The notes under the pieces were generated by a model, which saw only the letters and a list, made by a program, of their open reading frames with translations, was not told where the DNA came from and made no database searches. Below are positions 9,027 through 19,167 of a DNA stretch of 64,000 nucleotides, one piece after another. The translations under genes and the position numbers were made by a program. This DNA is from an uncultured Verrucomicrobiae bacterium (GTDB taxonomy: Bacteria > Verrucomicrobiota > Verrucomicrobiia > Chthoniobacterales > JAFAMB01): the NCBI GenBank assembly GCA_963837955.1, contig CAWIPH010000002.1, positions 1,248,001-1,312,000 of the forward strand, given 5' to 3'. How positions within the stretch are numbered: the stretch's first letter is position 1; every line of letters begins with the position of its first letter.

Positions 9027-11326
9027 GCCGCACCTAATTTCTGGGCTTCGCGGTAGAAGCTCGTTTCCGCCCGCGTCATTTCAGCCAACGAGAGGAGGAA
9101 CGCAAGGCTTGATTCGGCGCCCTGGTTTTGGTTCAAGCGATCGGAGTGCAGCGCGTCGCTGCAACCACCGGTCCTGGAATCGTACAACGATAATCCGAGA
9201 TCGTTGCGACCAAGAAACCACTCGAAGCAACGCCGGGCGGCCAGGTGCCAAAAATCGTCGCCGGTGAGTCCGTAAGCTTCCAGACATGCAGTAATCATGG
9301 CGTTGGCTTCAATGGGCTGCTGATCGAACCGCGCCGGCTGGCCGTTTCGAGGGTAGAAACCATTGCAACCGATCGGGGCGAAATGTCCGGCCTCCGTCGT
9401 CTGAATTCCCACCAGCCACCGAAGCGATCTCAAGCCAACCTGGAAAACCTCTCCGCGCGACGTCCAATAACCGCTTAAAATCAACGCGTGGGACAATCTT
9501 GCGTTGTCGTATGTTGCTACTGGCTCAAACCAGGGCCACTCTTCCGATTCATTATTCCGGAAGATTCCGACCAATCGGTCAGTGAGCAGATCGCGGAGCT
9601 GATTCACCGTTCGATCACCGGAAAATGATCGGAGATATTCTTGGATCGCGAGAAGAGCGAATGCCCAGGCCCGAGGAGAAGTGAACTGTTCGACAACTGG
9701 AAGTCCTTGCTGGAACAAGAGCGCGCAAAGATTGCGGTGACCCTCGTTCTGCGAGCGGCCAAGAGCTGCGCCGGTTGCCCAAAGCGCTCGGGCGTGACTA
9801 TCTTCGGAACCGGCTGTTTCCAGCCATTCCCGTTGATGGCTCATGAAATTCCGGAATCGACAAATTTTTGGATCAAAGGCATTCCAAATGAACGCCAGGT
9901 AAATGCTGGCGAGCCGTTCGAGTTCTTCCTTCGAAATTCGGCTGGTTGTCTCTTCCAAGTGTAACGCCAGGATAAAAGCCCGAGCATTATCGTCGATGCA
10001 GTAGCCTTCCCGGTAATTTGGCACGTTGAAGATTGCGTGCTGAAAAATTCCGGTATCGTCGGTCATGCGAAGGAGGTGATCTAACTTGAATGGTGGCAAC
10101 TGATAAGGCCGGTTCTCGAGCGTCCTCACTGCAAACGATTTCCGTGGTGGCAGGCTAAGGCTTGCTCGCGCGCGTCCGAAACTCTCCATGTGTTGTCGGG
10201 CTACGACGGGCCAGATCATTGCCCGACCGAGCTTCCAGGCCCGTTTGCGTGTAGCATTCATGAGCGTTGGGTCGGAAAGGAATCGGTTTACGGCCTCGCT
10301 GATCGCGGCGGAATTAGAAAACGGCACCAGAAGGCCGCGGCCGTCGGCCAGCAACTCCTGGGCATGCCAATAAGGCGTTGAGACCACCGCCTTCCCGGCA
10401 GCAAAAGTGAAGGCCAGCGTACCGGAAGTAATTTGTGATTCGTTGAGGTAGGGCGTGATATAGATATCGGCTGCGCCAATAAATTCGTTCAGTTCCTCCA
10501 TCGTCACGAAACGGTTGTAAAAGATCACGTTACGCGTGACATGCCGATCGTGGGCCAAGCGTTCGAGTTTCAACCGATAAGATTCTCCTTCCCGTGCGAC
10601 GAGGTGGGGATGAGTCGCGCCTAGTACGATGTAGACAACGTTGGGGTGGCTTTCCAAGATTTTCGGCAACGCCTCGATGACAAACTCGATCCCTTTGTTG
10701 GGAGACAGTAAGCCAAACGTGAGCAGTACCGTTTTTCCCTCTACGCCGAACTGATCTTTGTAGAAACTCGGATCAATAAAGGGCGAATCCGGAGCCCCAT
10801 GGGGAATCACATCGATCTTCTGACTAGATATGCCGTAGATCTCTTCCAAAAGGTGACGCCCACGATCGGCCATGACGATGAAGCGACTTGAGAGTTCATC
10901 AAGCTGTTTCATCACAGCGCGTTGCTCGTTGGTCGGGTCGCGCAACACCGTATGCAGAGTCGTTACCACTGGCATATTCACGTCGCGCAAGAAGGCGATG
11001 AGATGGCTACCAGCAACACCGCCGTAGATACCAAATTCGTGCTGAACCGAGACCACCTCGATGTTGTTGATGTTCAGGAAATCCGCTGCCCTGCGATACG
11101 AATCCAACTCCTTTTCGTCGATTTCAAAACGAACCCGGGGAGGGTAATCATATCCTTCAGGCCGGTCGTTCACGGCGCCCACGATTGCATGGCAGTCGGG
11201 ATATGCCGTGGCTACGGCCTCGCAGAGATCGTTAGTATAGGTAGCGATGCCGCACTGCCGCGGAAGATGATCTCCCAGAAAAGCGATTCGATTAACAGTA
11301 GAGGTTCTTTCCATCGGCTGCACCAT
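9023..11326 (-). CDS. GT4 glycosyltransferase with C-terminal extra domain
   Basis: PRQCGIATY, QHEFGIYGG, TFGLLSPNKG, SGTLAF, STPYWHA; C-terminal DDNARA/SEDSHAR/FDQQPIE/NQGAES domain. Confidence 0.92.
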   Translation of the reverse strand: MVQPMERTSTVNRIAFLGDHLPRQCGIATYTNDLCEAVATAYPDCHAIVGAVNDRPEGYDYPPRVRFEIDEKELDSYRRAADFLNINNIEVVSVQHEFGIYGGVAGSHLIAFLRDVNMPVVTTLHTVLRDPTNEQRAVMKQLDELSSRFIVMADRGRHLLEEIYGISSQKIDVIPHGAPDSPFIDPSFYKDQFGVEGKTVLLTFGLLSPNKGIEFVIEALPKILESHPNVVYIVLGATHPHLVAREGESYRLKLERLAHDRHVTRNVIFYNRFVTMEELNEFIGAADIYITPYLNESQITSGTLAFTFAAGKAVVSTPYWHAQELLADGRGLLVPFSNSAAISEAVNRFLSDPTLMNATRKRAWKLGRAMIWPVVARQHMESFGRARASLSLPPRKSFAVRTLENRPYQLPPFKLDHLLRMTDDTGIFQHAIFNVPNYREGYCIDDNARAFILALHLEETTSRISKEELERLASIYLAFIWNAFDPKICRFRNFMSHQREWLETAGSEDSHARALWATGAALGRSQNEGHRNLCALLFQQGLPVVEQFTSPRAWAFALLAIQEYLRSFSGDRTVNQLRDLLTDRLVGIFRNNESEEWPWFEPVATYDNARLSHALILSGYWTSRGEVFQVGLRSLRWLVGIQTTEAGHFAPIGCNGFYPRNGQPARFDQQPIEANAMITACLEAYGLTGDDFWHLAARRCFEWFLGRNDLGLSLYDSRTGGCSDALHSDRLNQNQGAESSLAFLLSLAEMTRAETSFYREAQKLGAA

Positions 11327-11513
11327 GCGATCGGAGTTGGCGTTCCGCTCATCTGGCGTCGAGCCGTTTTACCCGTTAGCGCCAGGAACCTCTCACGTAA
11401 GTTAGGCGCTGTCGCAGAAAAAGCGCCCAGAAGCTAGACTTCTCCACCGTAAAAAAAGGTGATTCTTCAAAGTTTAGCATTGAAAGGCGCAAAATTTTCG
11501 GAAACTTTTCTTT

Positions 11514-11651
11514 GTGGCAATCTCTAAGGAAGAAAAGCCTTCGTCCCTCGAGAAAGGCAAGGTACATCACGCTTCGGATGACGCAGCGGTCAAGGAGGCC
11601 GAGAAGATCCTCCGAAAGTATAGTGCAACCATGGGCAAGTTTGCTGAGTGA
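11514..11651 (+). CDS. Small putative antitoxin (45 aa) upstream of Doc
   Basis: Manually read GTG..TGA ORF ending ..AEKILRKYSATMGKFAE, resembles C-terminal helix of Doc-partner antitoxins; GTGA overlap with doc. Confidence 0.6.
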   Translation: MAISKEEKPSSLEKGKVHHASDDAAVKEAEKILRKYSATMGKFAE

Positions 11652-12055
11652 TTGAGTATCTTACGATCGTTCAGATTGATAAATTCCATCAGTTGGTAGT
11701 GGACCGCTTCGGCGGCAAGCCCGGCACTCGCGACTACACCAGCCTGAAGATGGCTTGCGAAGCGCCCATAAACGTATCTCGGGACGAAAATGGAGACCTC
11801 TTCGACCAGGCGGCCGCTTATGCGTCTTCGATCATCCAAAACCAGCCTTACCACGACGGGAACAGGCGTACCGGGCTAACGGCCGCGCTCGTATTTCTGG
11901 GGCTCAACGGTTACGGGAATCACAAATATTACGAGCCGCTCTTGCAAGAGGCCGTTCGTTATTTGGCTGAGCAAAAGATGACTCGATCGGAATTTGCACA
12001 ATACCTGCGCGAGGCTTACGACGGCACGCGCGGTACGTGGGAGAGTGCGCAATAG
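11648..12055 (+). CDS. Fic/Doc (death-on-curing) family protein, variant motif
   Basis: HQLVVDRFGG..G.RD, AAAYA, QPYHDGNRRTG, VFLGLNG. Confidence 0.88.
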   Translation: MIEYLTIVQIDKFHQLVVDRFGGKPGTRDYTSLKMACEAPINVSRDENGDLFDQAAAYASSIIQNQPYHDGNRRTGLTAALVFLGLNGYGNHKYYEPLLQEAVRYLAEQKMTRSEFAQYLREAYDGTRGTWESAQ

Positions 12056-12151
12056 CTTATCGTGATTTTTTTCGCAGCGATCGTTAGTTCTTGATGCAGA
12101 CAACGATCTCGGAGATACGACCGCCCATCGAAGCTGCAGCGAGCTTTGGTT

Positions 12152-12265
12152 ATGCCAGAAAAGAAAACTGTCGAACGGGCGCGCAAGGCGAAGCGACAAG
12201 GCAAGGCACCGTCGACACAGGCGGGCGAGTTTGTGCGCGAGGAAATGGAGCACATCCGCGAAGGC
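12152..12265 (+). pseudogene. 5' fragment of a conserved small basic protein (DUF6496-like)
   Basis: MPEKKTVERARKAKRQGKAPSTQAGEFVREEMEHIREG resembles the family N-terminus, then runs into unrelated sequence. Confidence 0.55.
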
Positions 12266-12331
12266 AATCTCTCAGAACCCCTTATCGTGCGGCTTTCCGT
12301 GAAGCCAAGCCATGCACCCTGCCCCGTATTG

Positions 12332-12469
12332 CTACGTTCCCCTGACCAGTCTGATCACGAATGTGATGACCGCAAGAACGAGCAGAATATGGATGAACGC
12401 TCCCAATGCGTGAGTAGCAAATCCCAGCACCCATAAAATCACCAAAATGACTATGATTGTCCAAAGCAT
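12332..12469 (-). CDS. lmo0937-family small membrane protein (45 aa)
   Basis: Manually translated MLWTIIVILVILWVLGFATHALGAFIHILLVLAVITFVIRLVRGT; below ORF-track cutoff. Confidence 0.85.
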   Translation of the reverse strand: MLWTIIVILVILWVLGFATHALGAFIHILLVLAVITFVIRLVRGT

Positions 12470-12673
12470 AAGATCGCTCGCTGTGAGCACAGTCAGTTTG
12501 TGCCGGACGAAAGATCCGGATGTCTCGTCTCGAGGATTAACGGCAAGAGCCTAACTTCGTCAGATGCCTGGCAAGTCTTTCGTTTCGATGTCCATAGACA
12601 TCCAGCGGCATCGAGCGAGCCGATTTAGAGATGCTAGCCGCTTTAATGGCCATTGCCGGCCAGCGATACCAGC

Positions 12674-13789
12674 ATGCAAAATCCGAAATTGAGGACCAAC
12701 GGAGAAGAATCGCCTCCTCTCCCCGTAAACGTCGAAGACGCTTTATCTTCGCCTTCTGATATCCGATCCTTCGCCGTCACCGGCCTTTTTGTTCTCGCGA
12801 TATTTTACACGTTTTATTTTGCCGCGGATTTCATTTTGCTGGTCATCCTTGCTCTCATGATGAGCCTGTTGCTCTTGCCGGCCGTCCGCTTTTTGCGGAA
12901 AGCGAGAATTCCAGAAGGGTTTGGAGCCGCCATAGCAATTATTGCTCTCATTGTTCTGTTGCTCGGGCTTGGCTCTCTCATCACCCGTCCTTTGGCTGCC
13001 TTCGTCGGTGATTTTCCAGGGAACCTGGATAAAATCCGAAATCGAGTATCCTTCCTGAGCGGGCCCTTGACGGAAATGACCGAGGCTTCGAAGCAGGTAG
13101 AGCAATTGTTACCTTCCAATCAGGGTGCTGTCACCTTGGTCGCTCTGAAGCAACAGTCGCTTTTGCAGATTCTTTTCAGCCAGACGCCCGGTTTCTTAGC
13201 TAAGGTAGTGGTAGTTGTAGTCCTCAGTTACTTCCTTTTGGTTCACGGAGAACTCTTCATCCGGAAGGCAGTTAAAATAGTGCCGACGTTTCAAGACAAG
13301 CGGCGGGTTGTTGAGATCGCCAGAGAAATCGAGACAAGTATATCGCGGTACCTAACGTCGGTGACCTTACTCAATCTAGGTCTTGGTACGTGTGTGGGAA
13401 CGGTCGCTGCGCTAGTTGGACTACCTAATCCGTTTATGTGGGGCGGAGCTGCTTTTTTGTTGAACTATATTCCCTTTATCGGCTCCGCTTGCGGAATCGT
13501 GCTCATAGCAATAGCCTCGTTCATCCAATTCGAAAACATCTGGTACGCATGCTTGGCGCCGGCGGCTTACTTTTGCTTGAATGTCTTGGAGAGCAACTTC
13601 GTGACGCCCCACGTGCTGGGCCGATGGATGACCTTGAATCCGGTAGCCATAATCATCTCTTTTCTTTTTTGGGGATGGTTATGGGGCGTGCCCGGCACGC
13701 TGTTGGCCGTTCCGATCCTGGCTGCCACTAAGATCTTCTGTGATCACATCGCAGAGTTGGCGTCTCTCGGAGAGTTTCTAGGCGAGTAG
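12674..13789 (+). CDS. AI-2E family transporter
   Basis: Multi-TM, LNYIPFIG, ESNFVTP, WGWLWGVPGTLLAVP. Confidence 0.9.
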   Translation: MQNPKLRTNGEESPPLPVNVEDALSSPSDIRSFAVTGLFVLAIFYTFYFAADFILLVILALMMSLLLLPAVRFLRKARIPEGFGAAIAIIALIVLLLGLGSLITRPLAAFVGDFPGNLDKIRNRVSFLSGPLTEMTEASKQVEQLLPSNQGAVTLVALKQQSLLQILFSQTPGFLAKVVVVVVLSYFLLVHGELFIRKAVKIVPTFQDKRRVVEIAREIETSISRYLTSVTLLNLGLGTCVGTVAALVGLPNPFMWGGAAFLLNYIPFIGSACGIVLIAIASFIQFENIWYACLAPAAYFCLNVLESNFVTPHVLGRWMTLNPVAIIISFLFWGWLWGVPGTLLAVPILAATKIFCDHIAELASLGEFLGE

Positions 13790-13805
13790 AAAGCGGACAG
13801 ATTTG

Positions 13806-14804
13806 TTATTCGATCCGCTGTGTTCGTGTTGCGCTTTGCAGAACGGCTCTTAGTTTTGCGGCAACAAAATTAACTTGGGGCGGTTTGAACATCACCCCGT
13901 GGGACCCGGGAACGCGAATGATTTCAAGCCCCTGCTCGGCATAGGCCGACCATCCCAGATCGTCCAGATATTCAAATCCCTCGTGACTATATTCCGCTCT
14001 GAAGAGTGTCAGCCTACCGGAAAAAGGGCCCGGCCGATAATTATCTAACATCTTTTCGTGGGCCGCAGAGATAGAAACTCGCCGAAGATATTCCGGTACA
14101 ATTTCGGCCTTCTTCTGATGAAAAAACATCTGCAGGTCTTCGCGCATCTTGTTTATATGAATATCAATTTTTCCTCTGACCCGATCGGTCAGATAGCGAA
14201 ATCGCTGACCGGCAGCCATGGAGGCTATCTCGTTAAGCCGCTTGTTCGCGCGTTCGACCAATTTCTGTCGGCGCCGCGGTTTTGCTGGATTAACTGTATC
14301 AAAGAGAGCGACTAACGGCACGTCTTCCCCCAGTGATTTTAGACGGCAAGCAATTTCATAGGCGACAACGCCCCCGAAGGAGTAACCGCCGAGCAGGTAG
14401 GGCCCTTTTTCGCGAACTTTTCTGATCTCCTCGATGTAGTCGACTGCCAGTGCTTCGATTGTGGTCTGTCTGATTTGGCTGCCATCCAATCCTTGAGATT
14501 GTAGGGCGTAGAATGGCTGATCGCGGCCGAGAAGCAGAGTCAGCGGGATATACAGGACCACCTTCCCATAGACACCGTGAATTGCGAAAAATGGAGTTTG
14601 AGACCCTTCGCTCTGGATCGGAACAAGTGATTTCAAATCGGGTGCCAACCTCTCTGCCGTTACGCGCCTACGCACTTCTCTGACGAAGCCTGGTAGGCGG
14701 AAATGTCTCTTCTGAATGATGTTGCCATTTGCTCTGACAGCCGGGGCTCCGATCGCGATTTTGAGCGCGTCGCAATCACGATTACGATGACCAACACTGT
14801 GCAA
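13806..14804 (-). CDS. Stand-alone NRPS/PKS-type thioesterase domain protein
   Basis: LVPIQSEGSQTPFFAIHG, GPYLLGGYSFGG, VPGSHGVMF; true start uncertain. Confidence 0.8.
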   Translation of the reverse strand: MHSVGHRNRDCDALKIAIGAPAVRANGNIIQKRHFRLPGFVREVRRRVTAERLAPDLKSLVPIQSEGSQTPFFAIHGVYGKVVLYIPLTLLLGRDQPFYALQSQGLDGSQIRQTTIEALAVDYIEEIRKVREKGPYLLGGYSFGGVVAYEIACRLKSLGEDVPLVALFDTVNPAKPRRRQKLVERANKRLNEIASMAAGQRFRYLTDRVRGKIDIHINKMREDLQMFFHQKKAEIVPEYLRRVSISAAHEKMLDNYRPGPFSGRLTLFRAEYSHEGFEYLDDLGWSAYAEQGLEIIRVPGSHGVMFKPPQVNFVAAKLRAVLQSATRTQRIE

Positions 14805-15034
14805 AAGAGAATTCCCATCTTGCCCCTTACTATGTTATCGGCTGTCGGCAGATTTTATTGAACGGTTCGCCGATTCGGAATCCGAACGGCGGTTAAGCTA
14901 TCACCCCGGCGATTAGCGAAGCCGGCGCATTTGTAATCGCTGGTCGCCGTGATGGCTCTAGGTCCTCAAAGCGCAAATCATCAGACTGGTTGGGTGGGCT
15001 CATTGTCTCGCTAGATTCTACGTACAACAGGTTT

Positions 15035-15063
15035 ACAGAACATGGCTAGGGCGGAATCGAACC
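15035..15063 (-). repeat. Degenerate copy of tRNA-Phe 3' end (att-like direct repeat)
   Basis: ACAGAACATGGCTAGGGCGGAATCGAACC vs ACAGAACATATGGCTAGGGGCGGAATCGAACC at ~18626-18657. Confidence 0.8.
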
Positions 15064-15324
15064 GGCCGCTGACCACGCCGCTCGCGACTCGGCGCGCTAT
15101 TCGATCGTGACCGCGGAATGGCCTGCGGTGAAGCAACGGATGATCCACCGTTCTAAGTCGCGCGGCTCTGTTGAATTTTCAAGGATCTAACGCTCTAGCA
15201 CGTTATCTGCTCCCGAGCCCCGCGATCGCTCGACCATAGGCCGTTCAACTTACGCGAGCCGCGCCCGGGCCAAATTGGTTAAACAACTGAACAAAAACAG
15301 ACTAATCGATCGTTTAGAGACACT

Positions 15325-17499
15325 ATGAGTTCAAGCATCTCCCGACTTCAGGCGATCAGCGCCGCGAGCAATTTCAAATCTCCGGCCACACCAGTAAACT
15401 TCCGCGCAAGTTTCGCGACGGAACTCTACGGTACGAACGTGTTCAGCCCGGCGGTGATGAAGGACCGCTTACCCAAACCGATCTACAAAGGCATAATGCA
15501 AACGATCGAGAGTGGGTCGAAACTTGACGCGACCGCTGCCGATGTCGTGGCTTCAGCGATGAAGGATTGGGCCATCGAAAAGGGTGCCACTCATTATGCT
15601 CACGTCTTCTATCCACTCACGGGCGTCTCCGCCGAGAAACATGACTCTTTCCTTTCTCCCGATGGTTTGGGCAGCGCAATCACCGAGTTTTCCGGTAAAA
15701 CGCTCATTCAGGGTGAACCTGACGCTTCCAGCTTCCCCAGCGGTGGACTGCGATCTACGTTTGAGGCGCGCGGCTACACTGCCTGGGACGTGACCAGCCC
15801 GGCCTATATTCTGGAGAATCCCAACGGAACTACTCTTTGCATTCCGACCGCGTTCATCTCCTGGACCGGAGATGTGCTCGACAGCAAGACGCCGCTGCTC
15901 CGTGCCATGCAAGCCCTTGATGAGCAGGTCCGCCGTGTGCTGAAACTATTCGGTCACGACAAGATTGCTCACATTTCCAGCACCGGTGGCCCCGAACAGG
16001 AGTACTTCCTTATTGATCGGAGTTTCTTCTACGCTCGCCCTGACCTACTGAATGCCGGACGTACACTCTTCGGGGCGAAGCCCCCGAAAGGCCAGGAATT
16101 TGAAGACCACTATTTCGGGTCTATTCCCGAGCGGGTTCTCGCGTTTATGCTGGATGTCGAACGTGAACTCTTTAAGCTCGGCATACCGATCAAGACGCGA
16201 CACAACGAAGTGGCTCCCGGCCAATTTGAGGTGGCGCCGGTTTACGAATCCTCGAACCTCGCCGCGGATCACCAGCAACTGGTGATGACGTTTTTAAAGA
16301 GTGTCGCTGAGAAATACGGTCTAGCCTGCTTGTTGTCCGAAAAGCCATTCGCCGGCGTGAACGGAAGCGGAAAACACCTGAATTTTTCACTGGGGAATGC
16401 GACTCAGGGCAACTTGCTCGATCCTGGTGACACGCCGCACGCCAATGCTCAGTTTCTGGTGCTCTGCGGCGCCGTCATCCGTGCAGTCAGCCTCCACGCC
16501 AAACTCTTGCGCGCCGTTGTCGCCGGCGCCGGGAACGATCATCGCCTTGGCGCTAATGAGGCGCCTCCTGCGATCATTTCTATCTTCCTCGGCGAGCAAC
16601 TCACCGATGTCTTCGAGCAGATCAAGGCAGGCGGAGCCAAGAGCAGCAAGGCGAAGAGCTCGCTCAACATCGGGGTAGACGTTTTGCCAACATTGCCCAA
16701 AGACGCAGGCGACCGCAACCGTACCAGCCCCTTCGCCTTTACCGGAAACCGATTCGAGTTCCGTGCGGTCGGCTCCAGCCAATCCATTGGCGCGGCGATT
16801 CTCACGTTGAACGTCATCTTGGCTGAATCGATCGATTTCCTCGCAACCGAGCTGGAAAAAGCCGGTCCAGACAAACTGAACGAGACGATTCAGAAGCTGC
16901 TGAAGGATATCATCGACGAGCACGGGAGCGTCATTTTCAACGGTAACGGCTACTGTGCCGAATGGCATACCGAGGCTGAAAGACGCGGGCTACCGAACCT
17001 CAAAACCACGATTGATGCCTTGCCGGCCTACACCTTGCCGAGCACTATCGCCGCCTATGAAAAATACGGGATCCTGACGGCCCGCGAACTCGAGAGTCGC
17101 AAGGAAATTGCGTACGAACACTACGTAAAATCGGTTAATGTCGAGGCGAACACAGTAATCGAAATGGCGAACACGATCATCTATCCCGCGGCAATGCGCT
17201 ACCAGAGTGAGCTGGCCGATACTGCTGCTAAATTAAAAGCCGCGGGTCTGGCAGCGGATACAACTGTTCTGGAAAAAGTGACCGATCTGATCAAGGCTCT
17301 ACTGACCGGGGTGGGCAAAGTGGAAAGCACCCTGAATCACGGGTCGAATGGGTCGGCAGAGGGACACGCCAAGCATTTCCAGGAAGCGGTTCTTCCGGCC
17401 ATGCTGGAAACGCGTATCGCGGCAGACGCCCTTGAGGGTATCGTGGCCGACGACCTCTGGCCGCTACCAACTTACCAGGAAATGCTTTTTATCAAGTAG
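15325..17499 (+). CDS. glnA: Glutamine synthetase type III
   Basis: [64 protein letters not shown]; 724 aa. Confidence 0.97.
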   Translation: MSSSISRLQAISAASNFKSPATPVNFRASFATELYGTNVFSPAVMKDRLPKPIYKGIMQTIESGSKLDATAADVVASAMKDWAIEKGATHYAHVFYPLTGVSAEKHDSFLSPDGLGSAITEFSGKTLIQGEPDASSFPSGGLRSTFEARGYTAWDVTSPAYILENPNGTTLCIPTAFISWTGDVLDSKTPLLRAMQALDEQVRRVLKLFGHDKIAHISSTGGPEQEYFLIDRSFFYARPDLLNAGRTLFGAKPPKGQEFEDHYFGSIPERVLAFMLDVERELFKLGIPIKTRHNEVAPGQFEVAPVYESSNLAADHQQLVMTFLKSVAEKYGLACLLSEKPFAGVNGSGKHLNFSLGNATQGNLLDPGDTPHANAQFLVLCGAVIRAVSLHAKLLRAVVAGAGNDHRLGANEAPPAIISIFLGEQLTDVFEQIKAGGAKSSKAKSSLNIGVDVLPTLPKDAGDRNRTSPFAFTGNRFEFRAVGSSQSIGAAILTLNVILAESIDFLATELEKAGPDKLNETIQKLLKDIIDEHGSVIFNGNGYCAEWHTEAERRGLPNLKTTIDALPAYTLPSTIAAYEKYGILTARELESRKEIAYEHYVKSVNVEANTVIEMANTIIYPAAMRYQSELADTAAKLKAAGLAADTTVLEKVTDLIKALLTGVGKVESTLNHGSNGSAEGHAKHFQEAVLPAMLETRIAADALEGIVADDLWPLPTYQEMLFIK

Positions 17500-17659
17500 A
17501 TGGGACGATTGAGGTTGCGGCGGCGCCGCGCTAATCTGCAGTTAGCTCTCGAATTCGGCTTTCGAGAGGGCCGTTGGTAAAATCGCGAGCCCTCCTCTGT
17601 TGTTTGCTATTAGCCGGCGGAAAGGGGTAAAATCAGCCTTGCCTTGGCCGAAACCGCAC

Positions 17660-18487
17660 ATGAAGAGCACCGGCACTGGAACGCGTGTTCCGCTTTCGCC
17701 ATTGCATACCATCGAGTTGGCCGGAGGTTTGTCCCATCTGTTAGCGAAACCTCCGGAGAAAGATTTTCCTCTCTATTCCATCGCTCGCAAAACCAGTCCG
17801 GACGGTCGAGAGTTGGTCCATAGCGAACTGGTTATCGCTGGGAAGCGAACCCGCACAACTTATCCCCTGGCCGAGCGATATCCCGTCCACTTCCTCAAGT
17901 CCTACCATCCGTGGAGCTTTCATGGTGATCCTGGGGTGGAATTCGAGAATAACCGAGTCGCGGCACAAATCCTGGGAACACCCGAACCAATCGGGTTCGA
18001 CAGCAACTCTTTCCGGACCACGTTCATGCCGGGCAAGCCGTTGAGCAAACTCTCCCCATTCACCAATATCGAACCACCACATCGCTGCCTGGGCATTGCG
18101 CAGCAGACCGATCCGGCGGCGCTCATCGGCCTTTGGCGGCTAGCGGAGGAGGTTTTTGAACAAATTGAAAAACTCCACTCCCAGCGGTTCTGCCATGGTG
18201 ATCTGGAATTGCACAACGTCGTGGTGTGCACCGGCCCGATTCAAACGTTTCTCATGGACTTCGAGAGTTCCGAGCGAGCTTTTTCTGGTTCGGAAACAAT
18301 CTGGGAGCGACGCCGCTCGCGCGATTTATTCGAATTGCTACGTCTAGCGATTTACCTTCAATGCGGGCTTGGGCGCCAACAGGGGCGGCTCGCTCGCAAA
18401 TCGTTGGAGGATCTACCGAAGTTGTTTGATTATGCTTCCACATTTTCAGCTCGTCTGGATGCGGCCGATCGCGGTGCTGTGCTATGA
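17660..18487 (+). CDS. Hypothetical protein with kinase/phosphotransferase-like motifs
   Basis: CHGDLELHNVVV and LMDFE resemble HxDxxxxN and DFx motifs. Confidence 0.6.
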   Translation: MKSTGTGTRVPLSPLHTIELAGGLSHLLAKPPEKDFPLYSIARKTSPDGRELVHSELVIAGKRTRTTYPLAERYPVHFLKSYHPWSFHGDPGVEFENNRVAAQILGTPEPIGFDSNSFRTTFMPGKPLSKLSPFTNIEPPHRCLGIAQQTDPAALIGLWRLAEEVFEQIEKLHSQRFCHGDLELHNVVVCTGPIQTFLMDFESSERAFSGSETIWERRRSRDLFELLRLAIYLQCGLGRQQGRLARKSLEDLPKLFDYASTFSARLDAADRGAVL

Positions 18488-18635
18488 ATGGATCTTAGGT
18501 TTCACGCGGAAGGCGATGCGCTAACTATCGTAAGAAACAATTTCGTGAATTTTGCTTCGAGCGAGTTCTGACTTTCTGTTCTGAAACGCCTCCGTCAGTG
18601 TGGCCAATAGAACGGAATTGAAAACACAGAACATA

Positions 18636-18708
18636 TGGCTAGGGGCGGAATCGAACCGCCGACACGAGGATTTTCAGTCCTCTGCTCTGCCAACTGAGCT
18701 ACCTAGCC
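18636..18708 (-). tRNA. tRNA-Phe(GAA)
   Basis: Reverse complement GGCTAGGTAGCTCAGTTGGCAGAGCAGAGGACTGAAAATCCTCGTGTCGGCGGTTCGATTCCGCCCCTAGCCA; cloverleaf, no encoded CCA. Confidence 0.98.
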
Positions 18709-18797
18709 GGATGGAAAGAGGACGGGAATATGAACGAGCGAGTGGTCAGCGCAAGGGAAAACTGGATCGCCAGCGTCTCAACTTGATGCACTACCCA

Positions 18798-19001
18798 TTA
18801 AGCCCGGGTGGCTTCCACTGCTTCGACTCCTCCGATATGGCAAGCGACCGTCAACTCGATCGGGCGACAGCAAATCTCGCAGTCCTCGATGGTCGAGTAA
18901 TTGCCAACAGAGGTGTCCGCACAGGTCGTAAACCTAGCTCCGCAGTACGGACAAACCACCTCGATGTCTTCTTCGAGGTTCATGTCAGAAGCTAAGCCCA
19001 A
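18798..19001 (-). CDS. CPXCG-motif cysteine-rich protein
   Basis: CPYCG and IEDCEICCRPI. Confidence 0.85.
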   Translation of the reverse strand: MGLASDMNLEEDIEVVCPYCGARFTTCADTSVGNYSTIEDCEICCRPIELTVACHIGGVEAVEATRA

Positions 19002-19167
19002 AATCTGAAATAGGAACAGCGAAAAATGGAAAATTTAGCATTGGAAGGCTAAACTCAAACTCCCGAAGGCGTCGTCGTTTCGCGGTTAGCAGTTTTCATC
19101 TCATCATCCCGTTACTTACGTTCCTCTCTTGGCCTCCGGCTTTTACATCCCGGATTTCTGGAGTCTC

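Noticed and set aside
15196..15211. Sigma-54 promoter for glnA (TAGCACGTTATCTGCT)
   Set aside because: Spacing fits but the invariant GG is AG; too weak to call
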